A stretch of DNA of 63,078 nucleotides, filler included, from Ionaspis alba (GCA_964255285.1; 6 parts of 6 records of this genome joined end to end with filler, not necessarily neighbours in it); one strand, 5' to 3'. Positions 24,768-38,061 are shown, numbered from the whole stretch's first letter. Notes: generated by a model from the sequence alone, not told the origin. Program-made: numbers and translations.

Positions 24768-27700
24768 GGTTGAGTCACTATGTGTTTAGGGTTGGGCGAA
24801 GGAGGGAGGGGTGAAGCTGTGAATCGAAAAGGGAAGAATAGAATGTTTTGGGTGAATCTATACATCAGATGAGAGGGAAAGAAAAAAAAAAACCATGCAG
24901 GCAAGAAATATATGTAGTCAAAGTAAGCAATGCTGTCAAACCTTCCGGCAGGACGGTAAGAGGAAAGGCACTGGCGAGCAAGGAAAAGGAATTGAATGCA
25001 GGAGACGCGAACGATCCATACCTGATGCTAGAAGCAAGCAAGGGTAGGCTTTCTTGCAAAAAAGATACAAAAGTGAGCCTAGTGGAGCTTGACTGGCGTC
25101 GGGATCTAAACAAGTGCCAGATGTTACGTGTCACGGGATGGATTGGACGATCCTGACGGCGATGGGGGCCCAGTCGTATATTGTTCTGAGCCTTCAAAGT
25201 CCAATTTGGTTGGGTGGTGAGAGAGGTGTGGAAAGGTCCCCTGGCGGATTGCTGCGGGAGCAACGGCGATTCGGCTGACGTAGGTAGGATAGGGTAAACA
25301 GACACACATATACACACACGCACACTTTTTTTCGATGACTTCGATGGACTCGACTAGTTCGGCATGCGATCTGGTCGTGGCTCTCGGTCCAGCAGTAGCA
25401 ATACCAGCACCACCATCACGACAGATTTTATGTATGACACATGCAGGATGGTGGGGAGTTGGGTTGGCATGTACGTATGTCGTGAAGATATGTTTTGCTG
25501 CGACAAGCACGGCATCGATTATCCCCTTGCGTTTTGCTTTTGCGAGAGTGCTGCGCATGCGGCAAGATTGACTGTCGGTGTTATGCACAGCATCCGATGT
25601 CAGATTCTTGGGGAGTGGAAGAAATTGCAGGTACCTGGTTGATGGGTCGGGAGAGAGAAAACCTTCATTCGAAACCATCGGTCATCCACGTGCTACGCTC
25701 AGACTAGCATCGATCAATTGCCGGTGACACTTCATCAAGGGTGCAGCAGATGTGGATGCAGGCAAAGTGCTCGGCTCGGCTCCTTAGGGTGAGGGGCAAT
25801 AAGCAACGGGTGGATGAAAAGAAATGGGAGTTTTAGCGTTGAGGCAATTGGCATGGACTTTCGTATGGTGGCAGTAGTAGTAGCAGTGGTAAGTAACATG
25901 GTAGGTGACGAAGAGAAACCAGGGCGAGCAATCCCAGCCCTGGTTCCTTTTCTTCTTAGCATCACCCCGCCGAAGTTTCGAAAAACCAGCTGCAATCCAA
26001 CGTCGCACAGAGCTTGAAGGGACATATCTGTGAGCACCTACAACTGTATTCAGAGGAACATCCGGTACTATCCGGGTTTGTAGGCTCTGCGACCGCGAGT
26101 GCAACGGCTTCGTGGTTTTATATTGAAGGATTAGGAAAATACTGTCGTTCAGAAGCGATGAATAATACCAATTGGTCTGCCAAGCCATCCTGTAGGACTT
26201 GCACAGGCGATCCGCTCGGAGCCTCTCTGTGGCATATCGGCAGTGGATCAAGGAACAAGAGCGGTGAATGAGAAGGGAAGAGATTCACTGCACCATTCTT
26301 TTTAGGCTTTTTGACACAGGGTTCTCATCTTCTACCGAAGAGGTAGGTAAATGAGAGGACACAGAGCGAAACTGGAAGGAAGCCACTCCGGGGAAAATGC
26401 CCCGAGTATTTACTTAGACGGCGACGACGTCACTGGTAAAGCGTCTTGTCGGCCGGGGTTTGGAGAAAAGCAGGGCGCCGACAAGGAAAGCAGAAGGGAA
26501 AAAAAGAAAGGCAACGAGTTGACGATATTGGCGGTCCAACCAGGAGAAGAGGAGCATAACCCAAATAACATCGGTGGCTATGGGCCAGCTGATCCCATGC
26601 TTTTACGCAAATGACAATGATGGCTCCAACGACTCCTTTGAGGAAAAAGCCCCAACCCCTTTCATGCACCAGACCTGTAGCCTTGCTGAGGTAGGTCCAA
26701 AGGAAGGCAGCATTGCAGCAAGCACCAGCAGCAAGCACCAGCAGCAGCCTCGACAGACTCAAGGGCCGATCTGAACAATCACCATCTCGCCTATCCCAAG
26801 GGGGCGAGTGACACACCCACAGAACACACACTCGGCACCCCGTACATGATAATACGTACAGCACAAGTCGCCTGTATGGAGGGAGGGCAGGGGGGAGAGG
26901 GCCAGGAGAGAGAAAAGCATCGTGAGATTATGAGCATCATGGTGCGGGTGTCCCTTGTCTAGCATGGTCTGACGTGCGGATGCCGTGCAGGGAGGATCCC
27001 AGTTGGGAAAGAACATCTAGAAAATTCGTTCGAATTGGCAAAGAGGAATGGTAATAATATGCCGGCATGTATGGCCGGAAGGTCTTTAGCATTTGCATGT
27101 CAATAATATTATTTGACTTGCAGTTGGTTAGTGAGCACTGTGTTGTGACGGACCGAGCAGCGGTGGAACACAAGAATGGAGTCTGGAATAGAGTCTGGAA
27201 TAAAGTCCGGATGGACCGTGCTGATTGTTGATGGTTGAAAGTATCGGCTATGATGGACCAGACCTTTGTTTGTGGGGTTCCACGACATCATCATCCTGCT
27301 TCCTGCAGAGGAGGATGGAGAAACTGCCTTATCGCTAATTCCAACCTTACAGGTCGCAATGCAGTGGAGCAAAGTGACAGAATAATTGCTCCCGAGCACG
27401 AGAGGTATTGAAGAAATAAATGGCGGCCGTCGCAAGAAAGATGTAGAGAATGAGGGTTGATTCTATAACGAGTGTTACATGTGCCATGATTCAACCGCCC
27501 TTTGTAATCGTTAGCAAGATCTGCCTAAAGGCTCTAACACGGGACATCCTTAGATGGATCCAAGAGATCTCAACGCCATCGAGCCGGTCTAGATGAGGAT
27601 CAATTTGCATCCTTAAGGCTATGAAAAATGACAGGTCAAGTTCCATCTAGCCTCTCTGGCTCTGACTCTCTCTGAAGCCCGTGCCGCACAAATCCACCTC

Positions 27701-28063
27701 TGCTGCAGAGACATGAAAATGCATGCAGCCGCGGGGCGTGCAGATGTCAAAACCGCAGCTGCCTTACGACAAGACACAACGACAGCCTTGAGGCAAAAAA
27801 GTCCGATCAGGATCGAGCGAGTAGGATCAAGCGATGAAAGAATCCAGGCTGTGGAAATGCTCGGCCACGCCGCGTAGGATTGCAGAATGAGCATGACAAG
27901 AAAGGAAGCCCATCCACGCGACTGGATGGTCCATCTCAAATTGGCAAAAAAGGTGTAGTATCGTGATCTATCTCCTACACACCGGGACTAACTAATTCTC
28001 AATGCTTACACAGCCTTGCCGCTGTCAACACTCACACAGCATGAACCAGCCTCCACTCAATCC

Positions 28064-30321
28064 CTACAACTTACTCGAACAACACACCTCCCCCTTCTCC
28101 CCCACCACCGCGCCCTCACTCGGCTGATGATGCCGTTCCGCCAACAACACCGACTTATTGACCTCCTGATTCGACGGCGGCACATCAATCGCGGGATTGC
28201 GGGTAAAGAAGTTACTCGGCTTCAACGCAACCTTGATGATCTCGCAAGGCATGACCGGAAAATCCTCAATGCGGGTCGAATGCTGCAATCCGAACTGGAC
28301 AAACACGACCAGATCCGTGTCCTTGACATTGTCCCTGCGGTTCGCCCAGGCGCGCACGCCCTCGCCCCCGCGCGATTGGTTCGTGTATTTGCCCGCGGCG
28401 TAGAGCTCACCGTCGCGGTATTGCGTCACGTAGATGTTGTGGTCTGCGAATTCGGCGCGCTTGTGGTGGTAGCTGTCCTGGTCGGCGAGCATTTTCTGGA
28501 AGGGCGGTACGTGGATCTTGTAGGCGACGGGTTTGCCGTTGATGGGGTTGCGGATGGCGGCGTTTTGGATCTTGAAGGTCCGGTTGGCTTCGAAGTCGAT
28601 GTCCAGACCGCAGGATTCGGAGACTAGGGTTTCGTTGATTGTGTAACCCACGCCGTGTGGGTTGAAGTCCGAGCGGGGCATTGCGTGCGCTTCTTCGTAG
28701 ACCAGTCGGTTGTTATGCCCGTCGATCATGGGATCTACACGCAGGGAGAAGATGTGCTGGTGATGTGCGGCGAGGACGCCTGGGTGAACGATTGTGCCCC
28801 AAGGTACCTCGATGCCCTCGTCGATTGGTTGGGTGCTGAGGATACCGGTGGCACGTACTTCGTACTCGATCATCCCGGCCTGATTGAAGACGAAAGCAAG
28901 AATGTACTCGTAGTTCGAAACAGTGATGATGGACTGGACGACGAGCTCCCTGTTGCGGACCACAACGGCCCGACCGGTCCGGTAATTGGTATGCTTCCAC
29001 CCAATCCCGGCATCTTGCTCGTGGACACAGATCACGTTCTCCATGGGCATAGGGGACCCATGGGGATCCGACAAGACCGCACTTAGGTAATGAATGGACC
29101 CCAAGCAATCGCATCCAAGCTTGAGGTTGTTCGCCATCACTCCGGCACCAGCATCACCCAGGTCGAAAGCGGATTTCTTGTGGAATGGATGCCGAGGATC
29201 CGCGTACGGGATGTTCATGTCAGATAAGGATAATCTATAGAATAGGCTGCGCCCATCATAGCGAACCTGGTTTCGTCAGAAAGAGATTCTGAGCCGCTTA
29301 ATCTGCAACTTCCACTTACATCATATAGCACCATTCCCTCTCGCGAGTTGAAACCAACTCTGAACGACCATTTCTGCCATTCAATGACTTCCCCAGTCTC
29401 ACCCGCTTTGGTAGCCTTGAAGCTTGCTCCTTCGGGTTGAATCACGTTCAAGGGCTTCAAGTCCGTTCGCAGATTTTGGTGTTCAGGAGTGTACTCGTTC
29501 GGTGGGGGCGCCTTGTAAGGCTCAGTCTCTTTGACAGTATGATCAGTCCCTGTTGGAAGAAAGTCGATGCGAGTGACCGTATAATTCTCAGTGTCGACGA
29601 CAGGTGAGATCGCCAGTGGCAAGGCATAGTGATTAGAATCGGCGTGCGAAGAATCGTCAGGGTGTCTCATATACAAAAAGCATTGATACATTCGCCTATC
29701 GTCGTCGATGCCATCCGAGCCTATCACTGATCAGTCGCTACTTTATGTTTACGAGCGGGAAGTCGAGATCAGCCTACCATAAATCCATGGATCACTGATG
29801 ACAACCGCGCCTTCTGGAAGCTGAAGCTTTGCGATTTCAGCTCTGACTCCTTCATCCTCCAAAGCCACCTTTTCAATCAAGACGATCTCCTCACCATCCC
29901 CTGGACTATGCATATTTGGTCCGAGTCGGACATGGCTCTCAACCCGTTGCTGGGTGAGATTGACCACAGCTTCGTGGAATTTGTCCTACCTAAGACGTTA
30001 AGAATGTTCCTCAAAGGGGCATACTCTGAGGACTGTGCTACTCACGGTATTACGAATATAGTAGTTGACGAAAGCCTTCCTGTCAATCTTGCCGGGAGAC
30101 CGACCTTGGTGCTCGGCATCCAAATACGGCGCCAATTGAGCCTTCTCAGGTTCTTCGAGAGTGATGGCCTTGAAAAGAAGGCTAGTCTGCGCAGGATACA
30201 ATCCCTTGATGAAATCTGCAGATCGCGTGATCTCGGCAGAAGTCAGTGGAGACAACGGATGAACTGCTACATGCTTGGCCACGCCTATGGCGGGCGTCGA
30301 GGGGACCTGTTCGGTGGACAT
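28064..30321 (-). CDS. Copper-containing amine oxidase (TPQ), peroxisomal
   Basis: HPLSPLTSAEI; WQKWSFRVGFNSREG; LGCDCLGSIHY; TPQ consensus TVSNYEY; Cu ligands HHQH and FGLQH; EDFPVMP; C-terminal SKL. Confidence 0.96.
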
Positions 30322-31079
30322 CAGAGTGGTTATATTTCAGAAGCTTCAAGGAGCAAGGTTCGGTTCAGAGCGGCAGATGATCCAAGAATGACGAAACAAT
30401 TCCGCAATGAGAAGAAAATGTCTGATATTCGAATCGTCTGAGGAAGAGGAGGCCAATGCCAAAACTTGAGATGGAAAGAGAGAGAGGATTCGAAAAGGAA
30501 AAATGGCTACGATAGATAGCAATGCTCGAAAATGGACTCACTTACCCTTGTTTATCATCCTTTCCCCGAACAACTAGTGTCGACGACATCGAGCGGGCGA
30601 TTCGGCCACGAGGTGGGGTTGCTATCGGCCGTTTTCCTGGCACGCTAGGCCGGGAAAGGTCAGTCCACGCGGTGCCCTATCGATGCAAAATAGCGTCAAG
30701 CAATAGACGATGGATTCGACGGAACGGGTTCCGCGCACGGTCTGCATTGGTATCTGTCAAGCTTTTGATACGAATGACTGGGAGACACCACTCCCGGCTG
30801 CCGGTTGGGGTGAAGGCGTGGCGATTCTGGGACATTTACAGGTTCTTTCAGTGCGTGGGGCAGGACATATAGAACAATAGAAAGAGGATACAAGAGTCCA
30901 ACAATCGTAGAAGCAAACCCCCAAAAGCCACCGGTATTCCCCGGGTATACATCCAGTGTCCCTCCCTTCCGTCGCCCTGGTACTCCATAACACGAAGCCC
31001 TTCCATCATGCCCATACCTTGATACTGTCGTAACTACTCTGCCTCCCACAACTCCCATCACTCACAACATCCAGTCCCC

Positions 31080-31609
31080 TCAAATCCCGCCATACCTCCC
31101 CCTAAGGGCATCAACCTCCCTCTGCAACTTCGACAAATCCGCCAGCACATCCGCATCCCCGCCTCCAGCCGCCGCCTTCGAAATAGCATTCGCGCTCGAC
31201 ATAGCCGGCGCACTCCCTGCAGCCTCTTCCTTTCCCTGCATAGAAACGCTATCATCAGCCGTCACGCTCCCCTCTTCGGCGGTCGTTCCCGCCAAGCTCC
31301 CACTGCGAGTAGCAGGTTCGTCGACAGGCGCCATCTCGCTGCTGGGCCGACGCAGGCTGTAGCTGCTGGCGCTGGAGCCGCGACGGCGAGGCGGTGGTGG
31401 GGGTGGATTGGATGAGTTCGGTCCCGTGGATGAGGACGAGGAGACGGGAAGGCTGTGGGCGATGCGAGGAGCACGTTTTGTGAGCGAGGTGTTCCGCGCT
31501 GGTGGTGGAAGGGGCGGGGTTTGTTTGTCCGGCTTCACGGGGACGGGACTACCGGGGAGTTCCGAGATCGAGATTGGGTGGTCGGACGTTCGACGGCGGG
31601 GTGGTGGGG
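31080..31609 (-). CDS. 3' fragment of a Pro/Ser-rich protein, truncated by gap
   Basis: Open frame running out of the gap with PPLPPPAR and PPPPPPRRR motifs and a C-terminal helix ADVLADLSKLQREVDALRGRYG*. Confidence 0.6.
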
Positions 31610-31709
31610 NNNNNNNNNNNNNNNNNNNNNNNNNNNNNNNNNNNNNNNNNNNNTTAATTAATTAANNNNNNNNNNNNNNNNNNNNNNNNNNNNNNNNNNN
31701 NNNNNNNNN

Positions 31710-34653
31710 GGGACTCTGGGATGGAGGCGGGTAGGTGGTGGGTAGGGGGGAGGATTCGTAATGGTACAAGGGCTCGGCAGGTCGCGGTTCCTCGTCTGAT
31801 ATCGGAATGGGTGCGGCCCTCTGGGGTGCATCTGTGGCTCGTAAAGTAGAATTGGTTTGCTGTATGGGATCGGTGACGGGAGTAGCGTCGGGGGAGGAGT
31901 CGGAGTCGTCGATAAGCATACGTTCTTTTGCCTTCTTGACCTTCTCCGGTTTAGACTCCGTGGATGGAGAGGAGCGTAGGACGTCGCGAATGGGAGAGAA
32001 CATGTTGCTGCGTTTCGAATCGCTGGGAGATAGAGGTCGTTGATCAAGGTCTCGCGGTCGATCTGGGGACCGCACTCGAAGAGGTGCAGGAGTGACTGTG
32101 TTTATTGGCTGAGTGCTGTAATTCTCGATCTGGGTTGGTGGCTCGGAGTTCATTGTAAGAGGCGGAGATCGCTCGATTGCACTGAGGGTGGGAGTTGCTG
32201 TTGATGCTTGTTCTGAGGTAGCTGCCTTTGGCGAGAGCTGGCCTTCACGGGATGGTGGACGTTTTGCTGATAAGAGAACTTTGTTAGGAGGAGCTTTCTG
32301 CAACTTGCTAGTCTGCCTCTGAGGTTGAGATTTTTGAGGACTGGAAGGTGCCGATACGCCGTCTTGGGACATAGATTCTGATGAGATCTTAGGCTGTGAA
32401 GCTTGACCAGCGATTTCTTTGGAGAGCCAGTCCGGATCTTCGTCGTCGCTCTGAGTTTTGCTCTTCCTGTCTTTACGCTTGAAGAGCCCACTTAGCATTC
32501 CAGGCTTCCTGTCCTTGCGTTTTTCGTCTTTTGATTTCTCTCCAGGTGATGTGGTCTTGTCCGTATCGAAGCTCCCTCGTGGCTTGTTCTTGATCCTGTC
32601 AGTCAGAGTCATATTAGGAGTAGGTGAGTTACACACCTCCTTGTTGTCTCCGGAGATCAATGTTGAAGCACTTGAGTCATCACGCAGCAAACTGGGCGTC
32701 AGATTGATCTTCCGCGTCTCGACAGTGTCATCCTTGAAGAATGAATCCGTATTGCGAACAGTACCTTTCCTTGATTTGGCAGTTGTCCCGTCTTCTGCGA
32801 TACTTTAGTCTCAAGCTGAAGCATGCAGAGATGGATACTACCTTGACGCTCAAAGATCTCTTCACTCGATCTTGGCTTCTCTTCTTGTGAGTCACGATCT
32901 ACTATGCTTTGCTGCGACACCGTTTCTGTTTGAACCTCACGTTGTTCGACCTCCTCTTTTTGCGCTGCTCGAACATTGAGAGGCTCTACTGCGGCAGCTT
33001 CTTCTTGGATGATGTCTTCATGCTGATCTTGGACTTGCTGTGGTTCTGGTCCCTGTAAGAAGTCCACTTCTTCGCCTTCTTCTTCTGAAGAATACTCGTT
33101 TTCCGATGGCTCATAATATGTCGGGGCAGTGAATTGAACAGTCTTTGCATTTCGTCTACGCATTGCCTTCTTCAATGGATTCTTCGACTTTTCCGGGTTG
33201 TCTCCGAGCATGGTTTGGGAAAGCTACTAATTCAGTACGCTATCAATATCAATCAGATTTCAATAGCTTACATCTACGTTCCTGTGCTTGTTTAGTCTAG
33301 CCAATCGTTCGGTAGGTGTTTCGATATGTTCGGCCGGTAGATACCCTAAAGTCAAGAGTCAGCTTTTCCTTCGCTATCGTAGATACAGAGGTCCTACCGA
33401 TACTACTATCTTTGACCACTCGCACCAGCCACCAGTAGCTGTTGCTATCGTCCAGCAGTACCATTGTATCACCCTTAGCAGCGTTTGCTTGGCCCTCGAC
33501 AGTGGCAATGAAAGTATGCAAAGCATATACAAATTCGAAATCGATTTCCTCTATTTCTCGTAAGCATTCTCCACCCCACCCAGAATCCACAAATCGAGCA
33601 TCAGTAAAGGAAATATCGTCGGTATCATCATCAAGCTTGTCCAAGGTTCGATCGTCCCAAATGGATGAGGGTGTAGGAGAATCTGACGAGGAAGACGACC
33701 CTGATGGTGACGGGCGTTGCCTTCGCGGAATGTCGTCGAAGCTGTTGTCTAGAAGCGGATCATCTGCTGGAAGCAATAACGCCTCCAGATCCTCGCTGTC
33801 ATAGTCCGCTTCATACGACTCGTCCTCGTCTTGGAAATCCTCACTGTTGTAACCCACCCTGGATTCGCTGATCAGGGGAGTCAGTTGGTCTCGATCTTCG
33901 CTCTCGTAGCTATCCACGCTGTCGCGATCGTCCATTTCATTTTCGATATACCCACCACCATGATGATGATCCTCAGACTCTACAGTACGGAGTTCTTGCT
34001 GCAACGAAGAAAGAAGAGGGAGGTGGTCTCGAGTCGCAACGTAGGGCGACGATGAGAAGACATCGGTCATAGGAGAATCAAGACGGTGGTGAATGATCGA
34101 TGTAGGGGTCGACAAAAGAAAATCTTGGTTGACTGGCGAAGAAATTGAATACCCACCGTCCTCTATTGAAGGAGAGCTGGAGATCTTGTCCATCATATCA
34201 TCGTCCAGGCTATCATCTGTATCTGTATCTCCTCCATGGCCATCCTCGTCGTCCGCTCCGCTGCCATCTCCGTTCCTGAGGTGTTCGCCATCGGCTTTAT
34301 CGTCGTCGTCGGCAAGCGAACCCTGAGGTAACAATTGCAATTCTTTATTCGAGAGATCCTGAGAAGCCCGTGGACTCCTAGAGTGTATTTCCAGTCCATC
34401 TAATCCAGCATTCTTCAATGCGATGGCCTGATGAGGCGCAGGTGGTCCATCGCCAAGCGGCGCAGGATTCGTGGGTTGCCGCGAGTGGTCTTTGGCAGAT
34501 GGGGCACCGTGATCTTGAAGGTCAATGGTATCTAGGGGGAAGTAGACAAATTAGCACACGACTGATTGTGCGCAACGGTTTTCTTCAAACGGGCATAGTC
34601 TGCCCAATGTGCTCGATGTACATACCTGCTCGAATGATCTGAGGTCGGGTCAT
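31710..34653 (-). CDS. teaC: SH3-domain cell-end marker, TeaC/Tea4/Bud14-like; 3' end lost in gap
   Basis: First exon MTRPQIIRA / DTIDLQD; SH3 EIDFEFVYALHTFIATVEGQANAAKGDTMVLLDDSNSYWWLVRVVKDSSIG/YLPAEHIETPTERLARLNKHRN; PP1-docking RVxF-like KTVQF. Confidence 0.88.
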
Positions 34654-35697
34654 CTCGACCACGACTACTAGCAGCCTACTCTCACGGAGGCCTGCAACAG
34701 ACTATGCGCCGGTATACCTTAGTCCAGTGCATGCGCTGTCGAGGTCGTTGACGTTCTGTTGGAGTGGAGGTTGTCGAGGGCAATAAGTCATGAGGTACAA
34801 ATCAGGTTCCAAGCACAATTATTATTTCAGTAGGGGCCTCCTCTAAGCATGCGCATCCAGGGGGGTGGGAGCGTTCCTTGTCTTATCGCGTGCTGGTGTG
34901 GGCTTTAGTGGCCGCAGGTTTTAGTGGACCACCACTGGAGAGTCTTCTCCACCTTTCTTGTCCCTGCTGAACCTGGATTGGGGGGGAGTATTAGGTGGGT
35001 GAGGCTGACTCGGAAAGCTGAGAGAAAAACGAGACACTGGGCTTGTCTTGACTTCCTATTTGTTGATCTCGTACCTGCGGACCTGATGAATGATTCAGCT
35101 TGGATAACAGCTTATCGCCATGGGGTGCTCCGCTGGCAGGCGACTGGCAGGTTGTACAAAGCAGTTCGTCTAGAGCTTACCAGCATATTAATTGTTGGTC
35201 CAACAGAACTTTCCTGCTTCTGCAGCACAAGGTTTTTGGGATGTCGGGATTGGGGGGGAAACCTAAGCGAGCTCCGTTTCAGGTCTGTGCTCACTTCTGT
35301 AAGGTACCAAAAATATATATATTAAATATTATTATGCACATCACGAACTTAGTATGGGGTGGCCGCTTTTAAGGAAGCACCGAGGGAGCAGTGCCCTACC
35401 AGCACGCCAAGCAAGCTGCAATAAAACGATGTGTACAACGAGCTGTTCATCTTTCAGCCACGGTGGCATGTAGACGCCACTCAAGGGCAGCGGTAGGTTA
35501 AGGTAACGGCAGTGGGAGTATAGTGGGAAGGTTTCAGATAATGGGACGCACGAATTCTCGAAAGCGGCTTTGTAATCGAGGTCAATTGCCAGTCTGCAAG
35601 GCCGTTTCAGGGTTTCAAGCAGCGAAAATCAATACCAAAATATCGCGGTAGCTGTGGCCCTTAATCTGCTCCGATTGCATGCAAGTCGTAGGTATTG

Positions 35698-35797
35698 NNN
35701 NNNNNNNNNNNNNNNNNNNNNNNNNNNNNNNNNNNNNNNNNNNNNNNNNNNNNNNNNNNNNNNNNNNNNNNNNNNNNNNNNNNNNNNNNNNNNNNNN
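35698..35797. other. Assembly gap with duplicated flanks
   Basis: TCGCGGTAGCTGTGGCCCTTAATCTGCTCCGATTGCATGCAAGTCGTAGGTATTG appears on both sides of the Ns. Confidence 0.9.
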
Positions 35798-36204
35798 TCG
35801 CGGTAGCTGTGGCCCTTAATCTGCTCCGATTGCATGCAAGTCGTAGGTATTGAAGTGCGGTATATACGTGAACATACGCAGAATTAAAATGGTCCAATAC
35901 GGATCAATAAAAACGTTTTGAATGTCTTCGGAGTTTTGGGATGATATACTATCAGATAAATCGTGGGTCTGTTTTCTTCGATTAAGGTAAACGAGACCCC
36001 CTGTAAGTTGGCAAAACAATGCCATGATCCTGCTCTTGCAGCAGCCGAGTTAATGAACGTTGATGACAAGTTGGCTATCCCAAAATCCCAAATCCATCCC
36101 CATCCCCCTGAATAATCAATCTTGATTGTTGTTTATTTCCATCGGGCGATGAGACCTGTCGCGACCACAATAGATGCCCCAACAACCACGCCAAGTTGTG
36201 AATC

Positions 36205-36942
36205 TCACTTGAGCTCCAGGCAGGTTTTAGGCTTGGGCCCCGGGACGAACCGGAAGACCTTCATGGAATAGGACCACGCGAGCTTGCAGGCATCTGACGA
36301 CGGAGCCGGGTATTTCGTCAGAGGCGCCGTGCAGTCGCCTTTGCCGTAGATGCAGACGCCGAAGGTGACTCCGGGCGGGCGCGGGAAGACGGTGAAGTTG
36401 TAGGTGGTGAAGCCATACTTCCAGCTCTGCCGTTGGGGTGTGAGGCATGTCGAGGTGCCGTTGCCGACTCCGCCACCCAGCTTCGGGCCGCCGCACCGGT
36501 GGAGGAACATGCCATACTCCCAATCGTTCGACGGGAAGTCGGGGTCGTCTTCGTCATCAAGTGCTCCCGCTTTGTTACCAACGAGCATATCCAGCTTGCT
36601 GGCAATGATTGTGGTCGGCTGGTTGTCGATGAGTGCGCCCGGCTTGATGCTGTTGAAAGTGCAGGTTTTGTGGAATTTAGAGTACATCATGAAAGTGACT
36701 AGAGCGATCATGGCGGCAGTCAGTCCAATAAAGAGGACGCGGCGAAGCGTGCCGTATTTACGCTCGCGGCGGCAGCACCGGATAATCCCATTCGTAATGA
36801 TTGGGCAATTATCGTCCGACTTCTCAGTGTCCATAGGAAGGTAGATGTCCCCCGGAGACTGCATGGTCAAGCGCTCTTTGAGATACTTCAGGCACTGCAT
36901 GAAGATTGATGGATCGGCAGAGCTTCGGGTACTTGAGTTCAA
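36205..36942 (-). CDS. Hypothetical single-pass membrane protein with Cys-containing C-terminal domain
   Basis: 245-codon open frame; basic stretch then hydrophobic VLFIGLTAAMIALVTFMMY; C-terminal ~110 aa with 6 Cys and strong C/G third-position bias. True ATG uncertain (MQCLK, MQSPG or MDTEK). Confidence 0.6.
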   Translation of the reverse strand: MNSSTRSSADPSIFMQCLKYLKERLTMQSPGDIYLPMDTEKSDDNCPIITNGIIRCCRRERKYGTLRRVLFIGLTAAMIALVTFMMYSKFHKTCTFNSIKPGALIDNQPTTIIASKLDMLVGNKAGALDDEDDPDFPSNDWEYGMFLHRCGGPKLGGGVGNGTSTCLTPQRQSWKYGFTTYNFTVFPRPPGVTFGVCIYGKGDCTAPLTKYPAPSSDACKLAWSYSMKVFRFVPGPKPKTCLELK

Positions 36943-37972
36943 GAATTTCTCAATATTGACGGGCTCGATGGAGACGATGGCTAGGTCAGTGGAATACTCG
37001 ATTCCACGGGGAGGAATGGCACGACTTTATGGTGCCGCCGACTTCGAAGAAACCGCACTACCACCTTCTGCTCAAAACGAAGCAGGCCGTTTTCCTGGTC
37101 TATCGACACAAAAATTACCGCATTGCCAGCTCGAAACCGAGCCAGGGCTGGACGGGCCAGACTTCCAGCTTTGCTGTTCGCAACGCCCTCGTTCGAGCAA
37201 TATTGATCCCTATTGGTTCTGCGCGTGGTATGATCAGCGCCTTACCAGCCACGAACAAGTAATCCCGCATTTACCAAACGGTTATGGGTGATGCACGTCT
37301 CCAAGGAGTTAGAAGGAGCAACATAAATAAGGCGAACCGCGGGAAGTTCAGCTCGCCACGAGCCTGTCGAAACTCGGGTGACCAACCGGGTCTGTGGTTT
37401 GCAGCTTCCCCGTGGAGTATAAGGTAGATCGTGTCGATCAAAGCTCGACGTAGCGCAGCATTTATCTCTGCGCATGATATATGCAATATTCTGGGAGCCG
37501 TGACAGTTCTGCTTCCGGCCACTCACCAACGCCAACTCGACGTCAATCACTTTGACTCTGTCTCGTAGAAAACGAACGCGGCTGCAAAGTTGCCGCTACT
37601 GAAGCCTGGAAATAACAAAAACTGCAGGTGAGCATCAAACAAGCAACATACACGAGCGAGCGAAACTCAGAATGAGCAGTGGGAGCCATTTCAGGCTCCA
37701 TCACCATCGGCATAAGCTGCCCTCGTTGTTGCTCGATACCTCCAGCCACGCCCTGCAGAATATTCACATACACTGACCTGGCTTACCCGATTGATGAATC
37801 ACCTGGACTTCCGACAGCCTATAAAGTAAGCTCTTTTCGGTGTAGACCATTGCGACAAATAGGACGTCGTGGGTAAGAGGCGAGGACAAAGGCGACGGAA
37901 GACAGAATTAGTAGCTGGCTATATGAATAAAATTTTATAGATCTAAAATAACTCATCCTTACTCGCAATCGT

Positions 37973-38061
37973 GCGACTTTAGCTCAGTTGGGAGAGCGTT
38001 AGACTGAAGAAGTACAGTCTGGAAAATCTAAAGGTCACCCGTTCGATCCGGGTAAGTCGCA
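37973..38061 (+). tRNA. tRNA-Phe(GAA) with 16-nt intron (38010-38025)
   Basis: Acceptor GCGACTT/AAGTCGC+A; D arm AGCTCAGTTGGGAGAGC; anticodon stem TTAGA/TCTAA with CT-GAA-G; T loop GTTCGATC; downstream T tract as Pol III terminator. Confidence 0.97.

Noticed and set aside
24786..25790. TTAGGG(T) hexamers as a possible telomerase RNA template or interstitial telomere
   Set aside because: Only isolated single units (TTAGGGTTG, TTAGGGTGA); no 1.5-repeat template or tandem array.
28016..29086. Long plus-strand ORFs (203 aa, 143 aa) opposite the amine oxidase; similar ones opposite HEM1 (42319..43038) and SEC13 (61931..62626)
   Set aside because: Antisense shadows of GC-rich, codon-biased genes with no recognisable motifs.
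31080..31609. Possibility that this ORF is the 3' end of the TeaC-like gene
   Set aside because: It is separated by a linker gap, and its C-terminus does not resemble TeaC/Tea4 C-termini as I recall them. Treated as a separate gene fragment.
35643..35852. Apparent ~55-bp direct repeat
   Set aside because: Same false-gap overlap artefact.
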